The notes below the pieces were generated by a model, which was given only the letters and a program-made list of their open reading frames with translations, had not been told where the DNA came from and ran no database searches. Position numbers and translations under genes: made by a program. 64,000 nucleotides of DNA, from NCBI GenBank assembly GCA_947623925.1, contig CANQID010000004.1, positions 8,405 to 72,404 of the forward strand, in the 5' to 3' direction. Positions 28,537 through 39,125 of the stretch are shown one piece after another. The DNA comes from an uncultured Bacilli bacterium. GTDB lineage: Bacteria > Bacillota_I > Bacilli_A > RF39 > UBA660. Every line of letters starts with the position of its first letter. The first letter of the stretch is position 1.

Positions 28537-30879
28537 TTATAACCTATAAAACTTTTCTGTTACATTTTTATTTTGTTTTATTTCTAGTATAAATTCAGAC
28601 TGCTTTTCATTTGGACATACTATATAAACTTTATTTTTCGTTCTAGTAAGTGCGACATAAAATAGTCTTCTTTCTTCCGGATAAAGTATTTTTTCATCAT
28701 ATGTTTTATCATTAAATACTTTTAATAATGGTTCTGTTTCTTTTTTACTTGGAAATCCATATATTCCATCTAAAGCATTTATAATTATTACTTCATCAAA
28801 TCCTAATCCTTTAGAAGAATGCGCAGTTAAAAATGTTATATCTGCATTTTTCTGTTCTAAACATACTATTTTACCATGTGATTTAATATCAAAATATTTA
28901 CTTTCAATTAGTTGTTCTATATCACTATTATATCTACCTATTAATAAAATTTTTGATTTTGGATTTGAATTATATATATTTATAATTATTTCATTTATTA
29001 CTTCTATTTTTTCAAGTTTATTTTCTTGATTATAATATGCAATTTCTATTGGTTTATCTAAATGTTTATTAGAAAATAATCTTTTTTCAAATTGTGTTTT
29101 ATTTTTTGTAATAAATTCTCCTGCTATATCTATTAATTCTTGACTATTTCTATATGTATTTGTTATTTTTACAATTTCACCATATCCCATCATATCTGAA
29201 AATCTTGTAAATAATGATATATCTGACCCTGAAAAGCCGAATATTGCCTGCCAATCATCTCCAACTGCAACTATTTTTGCATTGAAAACATCAGATAATT
29301 TTTTGATAAAATTATATTTTTGTGTTGAAACATCTTGATATTCATCTACTATTATATAATCGTAATCAACTTGTTTACTTATATTTTTATATTCGAACAT
29401 ATCTCTATATGCATAATTTATCATATCTTCAAAATCTATCATATATCTATCATGTATATATTTATCATAGTATTTTATAACTTGTCCCATAAATTTTACT
29501 TGTTTTTTTGTATTGTCATCAAGTGCATTTTCACATAACTTTTCTATATCTTTTAAAGTATAATTTTTTTCTTTAAATCTAGTTATAAAATCTATCATTA
29601 AATTTATTAAATCATTTAACAAGGCAGTTTTACTTGTTTCCATTAGTCTTAAAAATATTTCTTTATCTGTTCTATCATTAAATATGAAACTTCTTTTTTG
29701 TAATTCATTTTTTAATTTGTATAATAATTTTTCATCACTATATATTTCTATTAAATCAGTATTATACATTTTATGAATATTTTTCTTTTTTTCTATTAAG
29801 TCATTATAGTAGGCTATATCATCAACTGAAAAGAATCCATCTTTTTTATACTTAGAAAGACCATAATATTCAATATAATATGGTTTAAAATTATTTTGGA
29901 GTGTAAAATCAGGGGAATATGATACATTATTTTCTAATTTATGTGGATAAGTTTGTTCATATAAATATGGAATATTCGATTCATATAAAAAATTAGCTAT
30001 TTTAACTTCTTCCTTTGACTTTAATTTTTCACCATTTATGGAAATTAAATTTTTTAATCTATCATTTATTTTTTGATTATTAAATTCTTTTAAATTATGT
30101 TTTACTTCTTTATATTTTTTTCTTGTATAATAATCATAATATTCATCAAATGTTTTATATTTTAAACATTTATTATCAAACGACAAATAATTACAAAATA
30201 TTTTATTTACTTGTTTTAATAATGGTTTATTTATAAACAAGTTTTCCACAATAAATTGTCTTAATATTTCATATTTTCCACTTTCAGTTACTATTTTTAG
30301 TGGATGTTTGAACTTTTTTCTTAAAATATCCATTCCTAATTTATGAAATGTTGTTACATTTGCATTTAATTTAAATTGATTATTTATTCTATCTTGTAAT
30401 TCTTCTGTTGCCCTTTTTGTAAATGACATTACAACTATTCTTTTTGGGTCAGTATTTAATTTTTCAACTAAATATTTTACTTTAGCAGACATTGTAGTAG
30501 TTTTCCCACTTCCTGCTCCTGCTATAACAAGTGAATAATCTTCATCTATAAGAATTGCCCTTCTTTGTTCTTCATCTAATTTTATATTTGAATCAATATC
30601 ATCAAAAATATGGTCAAAATAATCTTTATATTCAACTAATTTTTTTTCAATAAATTTTTCGTTATGTCTACTTATTATTTCATCAATTTTATTTGTTATA
30701 TTTTTAACTAAATTAAAAGTATTGTTATTATATTTCATATTTTTAAATAAGTATTCGTATTTATCTAGTATTTCGTCATATTTCCTTTTTGATATATAAA
30801 TATCTTTGTTAATTAAGTCTTTTATTTCTTTTAAATATGAAAGTCCTAATTGCTCTAAATCTATACATTCTTTAATCAA
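28537..30879 (-). CDS. UvrD/Rep-family helicase (HelD / helicase IV-like) with a ~250-aa insertion in domain 1A carrying a restriction-endonuclease-like motif
   Basis: Walker A AGAGSGKT (aa ~120), DEYQD (aa ~520), and VALTRTKNK near the C-terminus. The insertion at aa ~285-345 reads SKEEVKIANFLYESNIPYLYEQ..SYSPDFTL..YYIEYYG, which resembles the DUF559/Vsr-like PD-(D/E)xK fold. Confidence 0.65.
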   Translation of the reverse strand: MIKECIDLEQLGLSYLKEIKDLINKDIYISKRKYDEILDKYEYLFKNMKYNNNTFNLVKNITNKIDEIISRHNEKFIEKKLVEYKDYFDHIFDDIDSNIKLDEEQRRAILIDEDYSLVIAGAGSGKTTTMSAKVKYLVEKLNTDPKRIVVMSFTKRATEELQDRINNQFKLNANVTTFHKLGMDILRKKFKHPLKIVTESGKYEILRQFIVENLFINKPLLKQVNKIFCNYLSFDNKCLKYKTFDEYYDYYTRKKYKEVKHNLKEFNNQKINDRLKNLISINGEKLKSKEEVKIANFLYESNIPYLYEQTYPHKLENNVSYSPDFTLQNNFKPYYIEYYGLSKYKKDGFFSVDDIAYYNDLIEKKKNIHKMYNTDLIEIYSDEKLLYKLKNELQKRSFIFNDRTDKEIFLRLMETSKTALLNDLINLMIDFITRFKEKNYTLKDIEKLCENALDDNTKKQVKFMGQVIKYYDKYIHDRYMIDFEDMINYAYRDMFEYKNISKQVDYDYIIVDEYQDVSTQKYNFIKKLSDVFNAKIVAVGDDWQAIFGFSGSDISLFTRFSDMMGYGEIVKITNTYRNSQELIDIAGEFITKNKTQFEKRLFSNKHLDKPIEIAYYNQENKLEKIEVINEIIINIYNSNPKSKILLIGRYNSDIEQLIESKYFDIKSHGKIVCLEQKNADITFLTAHSSKGLGFDEVIIINALDGIYGFPSKKETEPLLKVFNDKTYDEKILYPEERRLFYVALTRTKNKVYIVCPNEKQSEFILEIKQNKNVTEKFYRL

Positions 30880-30936
30880 ATAACTTCCTCCTTTAAAAAA
30901 CTAGCACAAACTTTAAAGTCTGTACTAGCACTTTTT

Positions 30937-31947
30937 TTAAAAATATATTTTTTTTAATGTTTTTGAAATTTCATTACTTTTATTTATTTTTTCTTTTAAA
31001 ATTTCTATTCTTTTTTCTCTTATTCCTTCATAATTGTTACAATCAAAATCTGTAAAATAGTCTGAATCTAATTGCGAATATATACCTGATAAAATTTGAT
31101 CATTTTTATCTATTACAAATATCAATGTATCTTCTAATTTTTTATTATATAAATTAACTTCAGATTCCATATTTTCTAAAATTATTTTATCATATACAAG
31201 ATATTTAAAATCATCATTATTTTTTTGTTTCAATGGTAAAATATTTGAATATTTTCTAGTTGTAAATTTTGCATTTTCAATATCATATAATCTATTTTCA
31301 ATAATAGCTATTTTATTATCATATGTAGCCTTAGGTACTATAGTATCACATATATTATCTAAATCTAAATCAGAAAATTGCATAATTGGTATACCTTTTA
31401 AAATTTTAATATCTGAATCTTTTTTTGTTGGAAATTGCATAACATTATTAACTTTATCTACATACTTACCATTATGTACATCATACAAATCTCCATTAAT
31501 TATTGCATTATCATTTGAAGTATGTATAATTAATGGGAAATCTTTATTATTACTTAATAAATTATTATTAATCATTACAGGTGTTTTATTAATTAATCTA
31601 ACATGATGACAAATCTTATTAGCAGGATCATAATCATCTCTAACTGTTATTATAAAATCATTACTCCCAAATCTAGATATATTTAAATTTCTTGGTAAAC
31701 ACATTAAATCAAGTATTGCTTCAGATTTAGAATCTAACTTATTACTTGTATAAAAAACTTCTTCAAAATTTTCATTAATCAATCCATATGCAATTTCACT
31801 AGAGTTTTCATCATCTACAAGTAAAGAAATACAAATTTTTGCTACCGCAATACCATCTATAAACTTTAATTTTTCTGGATTAATAACTTCTATAGAATTT
31901 GCAGTATACCTAAATAAATTTTTCCCTTTTAATTTTATACTTCTCAT
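30937..31947 (-). CDS. hypothetical protein (336 aa), first gene of a pair with the helicase
   Basis: No recognisable motif. It lies 57 bp upstream of the helicase on the same strand. Confidence 0.45.
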   Translation of the reverse strand: MRSIKLKGKNLFRYTANSIEVINPEKLKFIDGIAVAKICISLLVDDENSSEIAYGLINENFEEVFYTSNKLDSKSEAILDLMCLPRNLNISRFGSNDFIITVRDDYDPANKICHHVRLINKTPVMINNNLLSNNKDFPLIIHTSNDNAIINGDLYDVHNGKYVDKVNNVMQFPTKKDSDIKILKGIPIMQFSDLDLDNICDTIVPKATYDNKIAIIENRLYDIENAKFTTRKYSNILPLKQKNNDDFKYLVYDKIILENMESEVNLYNKKLEDTLIFVIDKNDQILSGIYSQLDSDYFTDFDCNNYEGIREKRIEILKEKINKSNEISKTLKKIYF

Positions 31948-32007
31948 AAAAATTTCCCCTTAAATATTTAGGCATATTTTAACAAGGAAATATATAAATG
32001 TCAAGTT

Positions 32008-32928
32008 TTAACCCATTACTTCTCCGCCATTTACATGCACTACTTGACCTGTCATGTAGGAAGAATCGTCTGATGCAAGAAAAACATAAGTTGGCGCAAG
32101 TTGGTAAGGCATTGCACCACTGCACATAGCAGCATCTGAACCAAGTGTCGGTATTTTATTTGCTACCCAACAGTTTGGTTGTAAAGGCGTCCAAAAAAAT
32201 CCTGGAGCAATAGCATTTACTCTTATATTTCTAGTCGCTAAATTGCGTGCTAAAGAACGTGTAAATCCTACAATAGCGCCTTTTGTTGTAACATAATCTA
32301 TTAATTGTGGTTCACCTTTAAAGGTAGTAATAGAACTCAAATTTATTATTGAACTTCCTGATTTTAAGTAAGGCAGACATGCTTTTGTTAAATAAAACAT
32401 TCCATAAATATTAACTTTCATAGTCCAGTCAAATTGTTCATCGGATATTTCTTCTAAAGTATTGCTCTGATACTGAACTCCAGCATTATTAACTAATATA
32501 TCTATTTTCCCAAAATTTCTTAATGTTTCATCAACTATATACTTACAAAAATCTTTATTACTTATATCTCCCGCTAAAAGAAGACATCTTTGGTTATAAC
32601 TTTCAATTACTCTTTTTGTTTCATTTGCATCTATATGTTCATTAAAATAAGGAATTACAATATTTGCACCTTCTTTTGCAAAAGCAACAGCAGCGGCCCT
32701 ACCTAATCCAGAATCTCCACCTGTTATTATAGCAACTTTTCCTTTTAATTTTCCACTTCCTAAATAATTTGGATCATCATATATTGGTCTTGGTTGCATT
32801 ATATATTCAAGCCCAACTATATTATTTTGTTGTTGTGGTGGTGCAAGTGGAATATAATTAGTCATCTTAACACCACAATTATTATCATATACATATGTAT
32901 CTCTTCCAAAAGTATATCTATTTTCCAT
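32008..32928 (-). CDS. SDR-family oxidoreductase (YdaD / general-stress-protein-39-like)
   Basis: ITGGDSGLGRAAA and YVTTKGAIVGFTRSL, with an N-terminal extension typical of the YdaD/YhdF group. Confidence 0.7.
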   Translation of the reverse strand: MENRYTFGRDTYVYDNNCGVKMTNYIPLAPPQQQNNIVGLEYIMQPRPIYDDPNYLGSGKLKGKVAIITGGDSGLGRAAAVAFAKEGANIVIPYFNEHIDANETKRVIESYNQRCLLLAGDISNKDFCKYIVDETLRNFGKIDILVNNAGVQYQSNTLEEISDEQFDWTMKVNIYGMFYLTKACLPYLKSGSSIINLSSITTFKGEPQLIDYVTTKGAIVGFTRSLARNLATRNIRVNAIAPGFFWTPLQPNCWVANKIPTLGSDAAMCSGAMPYQLAPTYVFLASDDSSYMTGQVVHVNGGEVMG

Positions 32929-33012
32929 AAAAACCTCCTTATTTATTTTATGAAAAAATAGGCATATAGTGTAAAAAATAAAAGACTTAAAATAAGTCCT
33001 TTAAATAAAATT

Positions 33013-33996
33013 TTAAGCATTATCTATAAGTGAAGTTATTAAATCTGTATAAGAAAAGTTTTTATTTGTAAGTAACATTGGGTACATACTAATTGAAGTA
33101 AATCCAGGTATTGTGTTTATTTCATTTAAATAAATTTTATCATTATAGAAAAAATCAATTCTCGCTATTCCTTTACATCCTAAATATTTAAATACTTTTC
33201 TTGCTAAAAATTGTATTTGTTTTTTTACATCATCTGGTATATTTGCAGATATTATTGTTTTAGAAGTCTCATCATTATATTTTGCATCATAATCATAAAA
33301 CTCACAATTAGTTACTATTTCACCTATATCGGATACAACTAATTTTTTATCTTCCCTTATTGCACATTCTAATTCTCTTGCTTCGATAAATTGCTCTATC
33401 AATATTTTGTTATCATATTTCAAAGCCTCATTTATTGCATTTTTTAATTGTTTTATATTATTTGCTTTATTTATTCCTATAGATGACCCACATTTTGAAG
33501 GTTTTACAATTACAGGAAATTTTAATTTATCTTTTATTTCTTTTATATTATAATCTTTATTTATTGTTATTGAATCAACTTGTGGAATATTATAATGGTT
33601 CAATATTATTTTAGTTAAATCTTTATCATAAGATAACAAACTACTAGATTGATTACATCCTACATATTTTATATTAAATAAGTCAAGCATTCCTTGTATC
33701 TTGCCATCTTCACAAGTATTTCCATGTATTATTGGAAATACAACATCAAATTTTTTTAAAAATTCAATTATATTATCTATTTTTTCTACTTTTGAATCTA
33801 ACCATGTAGCATTTTCTAAATAACTGTAATCATCATCAAATATATACCAATCTTTTTTTATTCCAACGCTTGTAACATCAAATCTTTTTCTATCAATATT
33901 TTCTAATATATTTTTGGCTGATTTACATGATATATTATGCTCACTTGAATCTCCACCAAATAATATTAACACCTTTTTCACAAAAAAACACCTCAA
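33013..33996 (-). CDS. ddl: D-alanine--D-alanine ligase
   Basis: 327 aa. The N-terminus is ..LILFGGDSSEHNISCKSA.. and the protein carries an ATP-grasp domain. Confidence 0.85.
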   Translation of the reverse strand: MRCFFVKKVLILFGGDSSEHNISCKSAKNILENIDRKRFDVTSVGIKKDWYIFDDDYSYLENATWLDSKVEKIDNIIEFLKKFDVVFPIIHGNTCEDGKIQGMLDLFNIKYVGCNQSSSLLSYDKDLTKIILNHYNIPQVDSITINKDYNIKEIKDKLKFPVIVKPSKCGSSIGINKANNIKQLKNAINEALKYDNKILIEQFIEARELECAIREDKKLVVSDIGEIVTNCEFYDYDAKYNDETSKTIISANIPDDVKKQIQFLARKVFKYLGCKGIARIDFFYNDKIYLNEINTIPGFTSISMYPMLLTNKNFSYTDLITSLIDNA

Positions 33997-34014
33997 TATA
34001 TAATATGAGACGCT

Positions 34015-34704
34015 TTATTTTTTCTGCATAAATTCTTGTTTAAATTTAAGTTCATCATTTTCTACATATGGAATTATATTTATCATGTAATTATATTTGT
34101 TTAAAAATGATATTTTAATATCTGTAAAATCATCTTTCCTTATTACTATATTACCAGAATTAACAAAATCTTTTTTATAAATTAAATCTATTTCTTCATA
34201 ACCATTTTCATTTGGTTTTATTTTATTAATTGAAAAATTATATAAATCATAAATTGTATTTATTATAATATAATTATTATTTTTATCAATTTTTATTATT
34301 TCATCTAATTCGTTTTCATTATATTTATCAGTATATGTAATATTATAAAAGTTTTTATCATTATATTTAGATACTAATGTGTTTAAATTTTTATAAATTT
34401 CTTTAACTTTAACATCTTTAGTTGAACAATACTTATCATTTTTTTTTAACTCCATATAATAATTATCGGATATATATATTTCATATAAATCATTATTTGT
34501 AACTATTTTGAGTAAATTACCTTCAATATCTAATTTATTTGAACAATCAAATTTTATATTCTGAAGTTCTTGTTTTATTTTCTCATAATCTTCTTCTATT
34601 AAAGATGTTTCTTTGTATTCTACTGATTTTATATGTTCTAAATTTAGATTAGTATTGCTACAGCCTGTAATTAAAAAAAGTAATACAATTAATAAATATT
34701 TCAT
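34015..34704 (-). CDS. lipoprotein of unknown function
   Basis: The preferred start is MKYLLIVLLFLITGC (lipobox) with a GAGGTG RBS. The longer ORF that runs to 34764 is probably an over-extension. Confidence 0.45.
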   Translation of the reverse strand: MKYLLIVLLFLITGCSNTNLNLEHIKSVEYKETSLIEEDYEKIKQELQNIKFDCSNKLDIEGNLLKIVTNNDLYEIYISDNYYMELKKNDKYCSTKDVKVKEIYKNLNTLVSKYNDKNFYNITYTDKYNENELDEIIKIDKNNNYIIINTIYDLYNFSINKIKPNENGYEEIDLIYKKDFVNSGNIVIRKDDFTDIKISFLNKYNYMINIIPYVENDELKFKQEFMQKK

Positions 34705-34764
34705 ATTACACCTCATATATATTATGAAAAAAAAAGTAAAAAAAATACTTGGAAAACCAAGCAT

Positions 34765-35322
34765 TTACATTTTCTTTTCTAAATAATAATCTCTTAATTC
34801 TTTAAATCTTTGATAGTGAACAATCTCTCTTTCTCTTAAAAATGAAAGTGGCGCAAGAACATCTGGATCATTTGTTAAATCCATTAAATGTTCATAAGTT
34901 GCACGTGCTCTTTGTTCTGCTCCCATGTTACTTTCTATATTAGCAATGGGATCACCTGCTAATTTTATATGTGTCATTGTAAATGGATTACCAAATGCAT
35001 CAGATGGATATAAATCCATTCCAAATTGTGCATAATGTTCACCTAATCCTGCTTCTTTTAATTCTTCTACGCTTGCACCTTCCATTAATTGATATAACAT
35101 TGATGATATAATTTCTACATGGGCAAGTTCTTCAGTTCCTATATCTGTAAGTAATGATTTTCCTCTATCATCTGGCATAGTATATCTTTGGTCTAAATAT
35201 TGCCAAGCAGCCGCTAGTTCTCCAGCAGGTCCTCCATACTGTGTAATAATATATTTAGCAAGTTTTAAGTCCTTATTTCTGATGTTTACAGGATATTGAA
35301 GTTTTTTTTCATATTTCCACAT
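34765..35322 (-). CDS. cotJC: spore coat protein CotJC (Mn-catalase-like)
   Basis: 185 aa. The ferritin-like / Mn-catalase motif is ELAHVEIISSMLYQL. Confidence 0.8.
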   Translation of the reverse strand: MWKYEKKLQYPVNIRNKDLKLAKYIITQYGGPAGELAAAWQYLDQRYTMPDDRGKSLLTDIGTEELAHVEIISSMLYQLMEGASVEELKEAGLGEHYAQFGMDLYPSDAFGNPFTMTHIKLAGDPIANIESNMGAEQRARATYEHLMDLTNDPDVLAPLSFLREREIVHYQRFKELRDYYLEKKM

Positions 35323-35334
35323 TTTATTTTCCTC

Positions 35335-35877
35335 CTATCTATTTTCCCATGGCCATGGTGAGTTATTCCAAGTCCAAGGATATGATGATGTAGCCTCACT
35401 ACTTACAAAAAGTGGTCCAAATTTACTTTCATATTGTTTAATAGCATTTTCACTTTCTACGCGATATTGATTATATAAATCTATCATTGCTTTATCATCT
35501 GGATGTGTATCTAAGTATAAGTTAATGTCATGTGCTCCAAAAGAATATACATCTACATAAGTAAGTAATTGTGCTTGTTCATTCATAGGTTCTACATCAA
35601 AAGGTTTTGATATCTTATATTGATTATATAAATCAGGATACATATTACCTCTTATAAAACCATCGTAAGCATTATATAAATCTGTTGGTTTAACTTCCTG
35701 TACATAATTACATTTGTTAAAATTATTGTTATTATTAACTCCTTTTGTAGTATTTTTGATATTATTCATGTCATTCATATTTGACATATTATTATACATA
35801 TTAGTTATAGTATTCAAGTTATTCATATCTTCCATATACATATTAGAGTAATAATTTTGATTATTATATGTATTCAT
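35335..35877 (-). CDS. CotJB-domain spore coat protein with CotJA-like and Asn-rich N-terminal extension (apparent CotJA-CotJB fusion)
   Basis: The C-terminal part reads LYLDTHPDDKAMIDLYNQY..KFGPL, the CotJB signature. The upstream segment FIRGNMYPDLYNQY resembles CotJA. The N-terminal 60 aa are N/M/Y low-complexity. Confidence 0.55.
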   Translation of the reverse strand: MNTYNNQNYYSNMYMEDMNNLNTITNMYNNMSNMNDMNNIKNTTKGVNNNNNFNKCNYVQEVKPTDLYNAYDGFIRGNMYPDLYNQYKISKPFDVEPMNEQAQLLTYVDVYSFGAHDINLYLDTHPDDKAMIDLYNQYRVESENAIKQYESKFGPLFVSSEATSSYPWTWNNSPWPWENR

Positions 35878-36031
35878 TATTTCACCTCTCGCCCATATTG
35901 TATGAAAAATATTAAATCAATTATGGGGAAATGTCTAATTTTTACTATTTTATAATAAAAAAATCTAAAGTACTTGTCAAAATCAAAAATAATTGATACA
36001 ATATTAATCGTAAATCTTATATGATTTACAT

Positions 36032-36108
36032 GGCGAAATTGGTGAAGTGGTTAACACGGCGGATTGTGGTTCCGTTATGCAAGAGTTCGATCCTCTTATT
36101 TCGCCCCA
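36032..36108 (+). tRNA. tRNA-His (anticodon GTG) with encoded G-1
   Basis: Manually folded. G-1 is paired with C73. The acceptor stem is GCGAAAT/ATTTCGC, the D-arm has GG, the anticodon loop is TTGTGGT, the T-loop is TTCGATC, and CCA is encoded. A hairpin (AAACCTT-TA-AGGTTT) plus T-run follows at 36121-36140. Confidence 0.85.
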
Positions 36109-36159
36109 TATTTGGGAAATCAAACCTTTAAGGTTTTAAAAAAAGTTTTAATACTTCAA

Positions 36160-36663
36160 CTATTTAATAGTTTTTGAAATATTAAAACTTTTATTTTTTT
36201 CTAAATTGTTCATGAATCCATTTTGAAATATATCATAAACATAACCAAATACTTCGATACAATCATCTGAAGAAGAAGTATAAAGTTTATCCCATAATCC
36301 ATTTTCAGATATTATTTGTGGTGTATCAATAATACTACTATTTTCTTCTTCAATCCATAATATAATATGCCCTTGAATTGTACTTGCAAGTGATAAAATA
36401 TAATGTATAAAATTATAAATAACTGAATTATAATTGCTTTTTTCTATATAATTACCTAACAATTTTAAAAGTTCAACTGTAGATAATTCATTTAATTTTA
36501 CTATATCACTATAATCTTTGTTTAATATTTTATACCTAGATATAATATATTTCCTAATTTCAGTATCAATTAAGTTTTTTTGTTCTTCAATATCTTTACC
36601 CCAATATCCATTTTTCACAAGATTAGAATTGATGACAGAGTATATATCATTAGTATTAATCAT
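36160..36663 (-). CDS. hypothetical protein
   Basis: 167-aa ORF with no recognisable motif. Confidence 0.4.
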   Translation of the reverse strand: MINTNDIYSVINSNLVKNGYWGKDIEEQKNLIDTEIRKYIISRYKILNKDYSDIVKLNELSTVELLKLLGNYIEKSNYNSVIYNFIHYILSLASTIQGHIILWIEEENSSIIDTPQIISENGLWDKLYTSSSDDCIEVFGYVYDIFQNGFMNNLEKNKSFNISKTIK

Positions 36664-36713
36664 ATTATCCCCCTTTTTAATGTTATTTATTACACATCAT
36701 TTTTATTAAAAAA

Positions 36714-38525
36714 TTATTTTCTTGCATCTAACTTTTTTCTTTGTTCAGTATTAAGTATTTTTTTTCTTAAACGTATATTATTAGGTGTAACCTCAACTAA
36801 TTCATCTGAATTTATATAATCTAATGCATATTCAAGTGTTATTATCCTTGGTCTTTTCAAAACAACTGTATGATCTTTTCCTGCACTTCTTGTATTAGTT
36901 AGATTTTTACCTTTAACTACATTTACAGCTAAGTCATTATCTCTTGTATGTTCGCCAACAATCATTCCTTCATAAACATCAACACCAGGTTCTATAAACA
37001 TTATGCCTCTATCTTCTAATTGGCCTAAAGCATAAGCAGTAGATTTTCCATTTTCCATTGACACTAAAACGCCAAGTTTTCTTTCACCAACATCTACATT
37101 CTGATATGGTCTAAATTCTTTAAATGAGTGGTTTATAATTCCATACCCTTTTGTAAGCGTCATAAAGTCCGTTGTAAAACCTATTAAACCTCTTGATGGA
37201 ATTGTATAGATTAATCTAACTTGATTACTAATATTTTGCATATCTTCCATATTAGCGCCCCTCATTCCAAGTTGCTCAATAACATTGCCTACACAGTCTT
37301 CTGGAACTTCTAGTTGTAATTCTTCATATGGTTCCATTTTAACTCCATCTATTTCTTTAATAATGACAGCAGGTTTTGATACTTCTAGTTCAAATCCCTC
37401 ACGTCTCATATTTTCAATTAAAATTCCTAAATGTAATTCGCCTCTACCTGAAACTATAAATGTTTCAGAATCTCCTACTTCAACTTTTAAACTTACATCT
37501 CTTTCTGTTTCTTTAAACAGTCTTTCTTCTATTTTTCTCGCAGTTAATAATTTTCCATCTTTACCACAGAAAGGACTTGTATTTACTCCAAATGTCATTT
37601 GTAAAGTTGGTTCATCTATTTTAAGTATTGGTAATGCTTCTTCTTTTCCAACTTCACAAACAGTTTCTCCAACCGATATATCAGGAAGTCCTGATATTGC
37701 AATAATATCGCCTGCTTCTGCTTCTTCTATTTCTACCTTATTTAAACCAAAAAAACCAAATAATTTTGCTATTCTAAACTGTTTAATTGATCCATCTAAT
37801 CTTACACAAGATACCATTTGATTTACTTTAATTTTTCCTCTTTTAACTAGTCCTATTCCTATTCTACCAACATAGTCATTATAATCTAATAAAGCAGGTT
37901 GAAATTGTAAAGACCCTTCTATATCAACTTTTGGATCTGGTATATTTTCAATAACCGTATCTAAAATATAATCCATAGTATGTTCTTGTGTTTCTATTTC
38001 AGGTGATAAACTTGATGTTCCATTTAAAGCAGATGCATAAACTATTGGAAAATCTAATTGATCTATATCTGCCCCTAATTCTATAAATAAATCAATTATT
38101 TCATCAACTACTTCTTTTGGTCTAGCAGTTGGCTTGTCTATTTTATTTATTACAACTATAGGTGTTACTTTTGAGGCTAACGCTTTTTTTAAAACAAATT
38201 TTGTTTGTGGCATTGGTCCTTCATAAGCATCAACTACTAAAAGAACACCATCTACCATGTTCATTATTCTTTCTACTTCACCGCCAAAATCTGCATGTCC
38301 TGGTGTATCAAGTATATTTATTCTATAGTCTTTATAATTTATTGCTGTTGTTTTAGCAAGTATTGTTATTCCTCTTTCTCTTTCGATAGCATTTGAATCC
38401 ATTGAAAGTTCACTTATATTTTCATTTTCTCTAAATGTATGAGACATTTCTAGTAATTTATCTACTAATTTTGTTTTACCATGGTCTACATGGGCAATAA
38501 TAGCAATATTTTTTATTTTCTTCAT
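36714..38525 (-). CDS. typA: translational GTPase TypA/BipA
   Basis: G1 motif [15 protein letters not shown], followed by DTPGHADF, and an EF-G-like domain architecture. Confidence 0.9.
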   Translation of the reverse strand: MKKIKNIAIIAHVDHGKTKLVDKLLEMSHTFRENENISELSMDSNAIERERGITILAKTTAINYKDYRINILDTPGHADFGGEVERIMNMVDGVLLVVDAYEGPMPQTKFVLKKALASKVTPIVVINKIDKPTARPKEVVDEIIDLFIELGADIDQLDFPIVYASALNGTSSLSPEIETQEHTMDYILDTVIENIPDPKVDIEGSLQFQPALLDYNDYVGRIGIGLVKRGKIKVNQMVSCVRLDGSIKQFRIAKLFGFFGLNKVEIEEAEAGDIIAISGLPDISVGETVCEVGKEEALPILKIDEPTLQMTFGVNTSPFCGKDGKLLTARKIEERLFKETERDVSLKVEVGDSETFIVSGRGELHLGILIENMRREGFELEVSKPAVIIKEIDGVKMEPYEELQLEVPEDCVGNVIEQLGMRGANMEDMQNISNQVRLIYTIPSRGLIGFTTDFMTLTKGYGIINHSFKEFRPYQNVDVGERKLGVLVSMENGKSTAYALGQLEDRGIMFIEPGVDVYEGMIVGEHTRDNDLAVNVVKGKNLTNTRSAGKDHTVVLKRPRIITLEYALDYINSDELVEVTPNNIRLRKKILNTEQRKKLDARK

Positions 38526-38601
38526 AAAATACACTTCTCTTTCGACTGAAACATTATACCATAACTATTAAAAAAATCAAAACATTTATATACTTACATA
38601 A

Positions 38602-39105
38602 TTAATTTTTATTAATTAATAATTTCTGTTTAACTTTTGACAATTCTTCTATTTTTTCATATATTAGTTTTTTTATACATTCATATTCTTCATCCATCAA
38701 ATAGTTTTCTTGAAAATAACAAAATTTTTGAAGTAATTTTAGTAAATCTTCATCTGATATGCTCTCTATTTCATCTCTATAACAAACAGGCCTTTTATAT
38801 ATTGAATCTAAAGATATATATCCTTTTATATAGTGTTTTTCATTAGGATTAAAAACAGGATACTGTGCATATTTAATTATACCTTTTTTTATATTTCTGC
38901 TTATTATTTTTAAAAAATAGGTATAATTTTCATCTTCAGCTATTATGATAGCAGGTCTTTTATGTGCATGATCAATTTCATATCTTTTAACTAATTTATT
39001 TCTTATTATTTTATTTTTAAAAATAACATTACTAATTAAAATTATACTACCTATTTCGTACATATATATTTCCTTTCTAAAAATATCTGATGATATATTA
39101 TACAT
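38602..39105 (-). CDS. hypothetical protein
   Basis: 167-aa ORF with no recognisable motif. Confidence 0.35.
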   Translation of the reverse strand: MYNISSDIFRKEIYMYEIGSIILISNVIFKNKIIRNKLVKRYEIDHAHKRPAIIIAEDENYTYFLKIISRNIKKGIIKYAQYPVFNPNEKHYIKGYISLDSIYKRPVCYRDEIESISDEDLLKLLQKFCYFQENYLMDEEYECIKKLIYEKIEELSKVKQKLLINKN

Positions 39106-39125
39106 TAAAATATATAAATTTCAAA

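Noticed and set aside
35698-35877. Asn/Met/Tyr-rich segment at the 5' end of ORF 35335..35877 considered as a separate small gene or a repeat element
   Set aside because: It is in-frame with the CotJB-domain ORF and behind a single start, so it is low-complexity coding sequence rather than a distinct feature.
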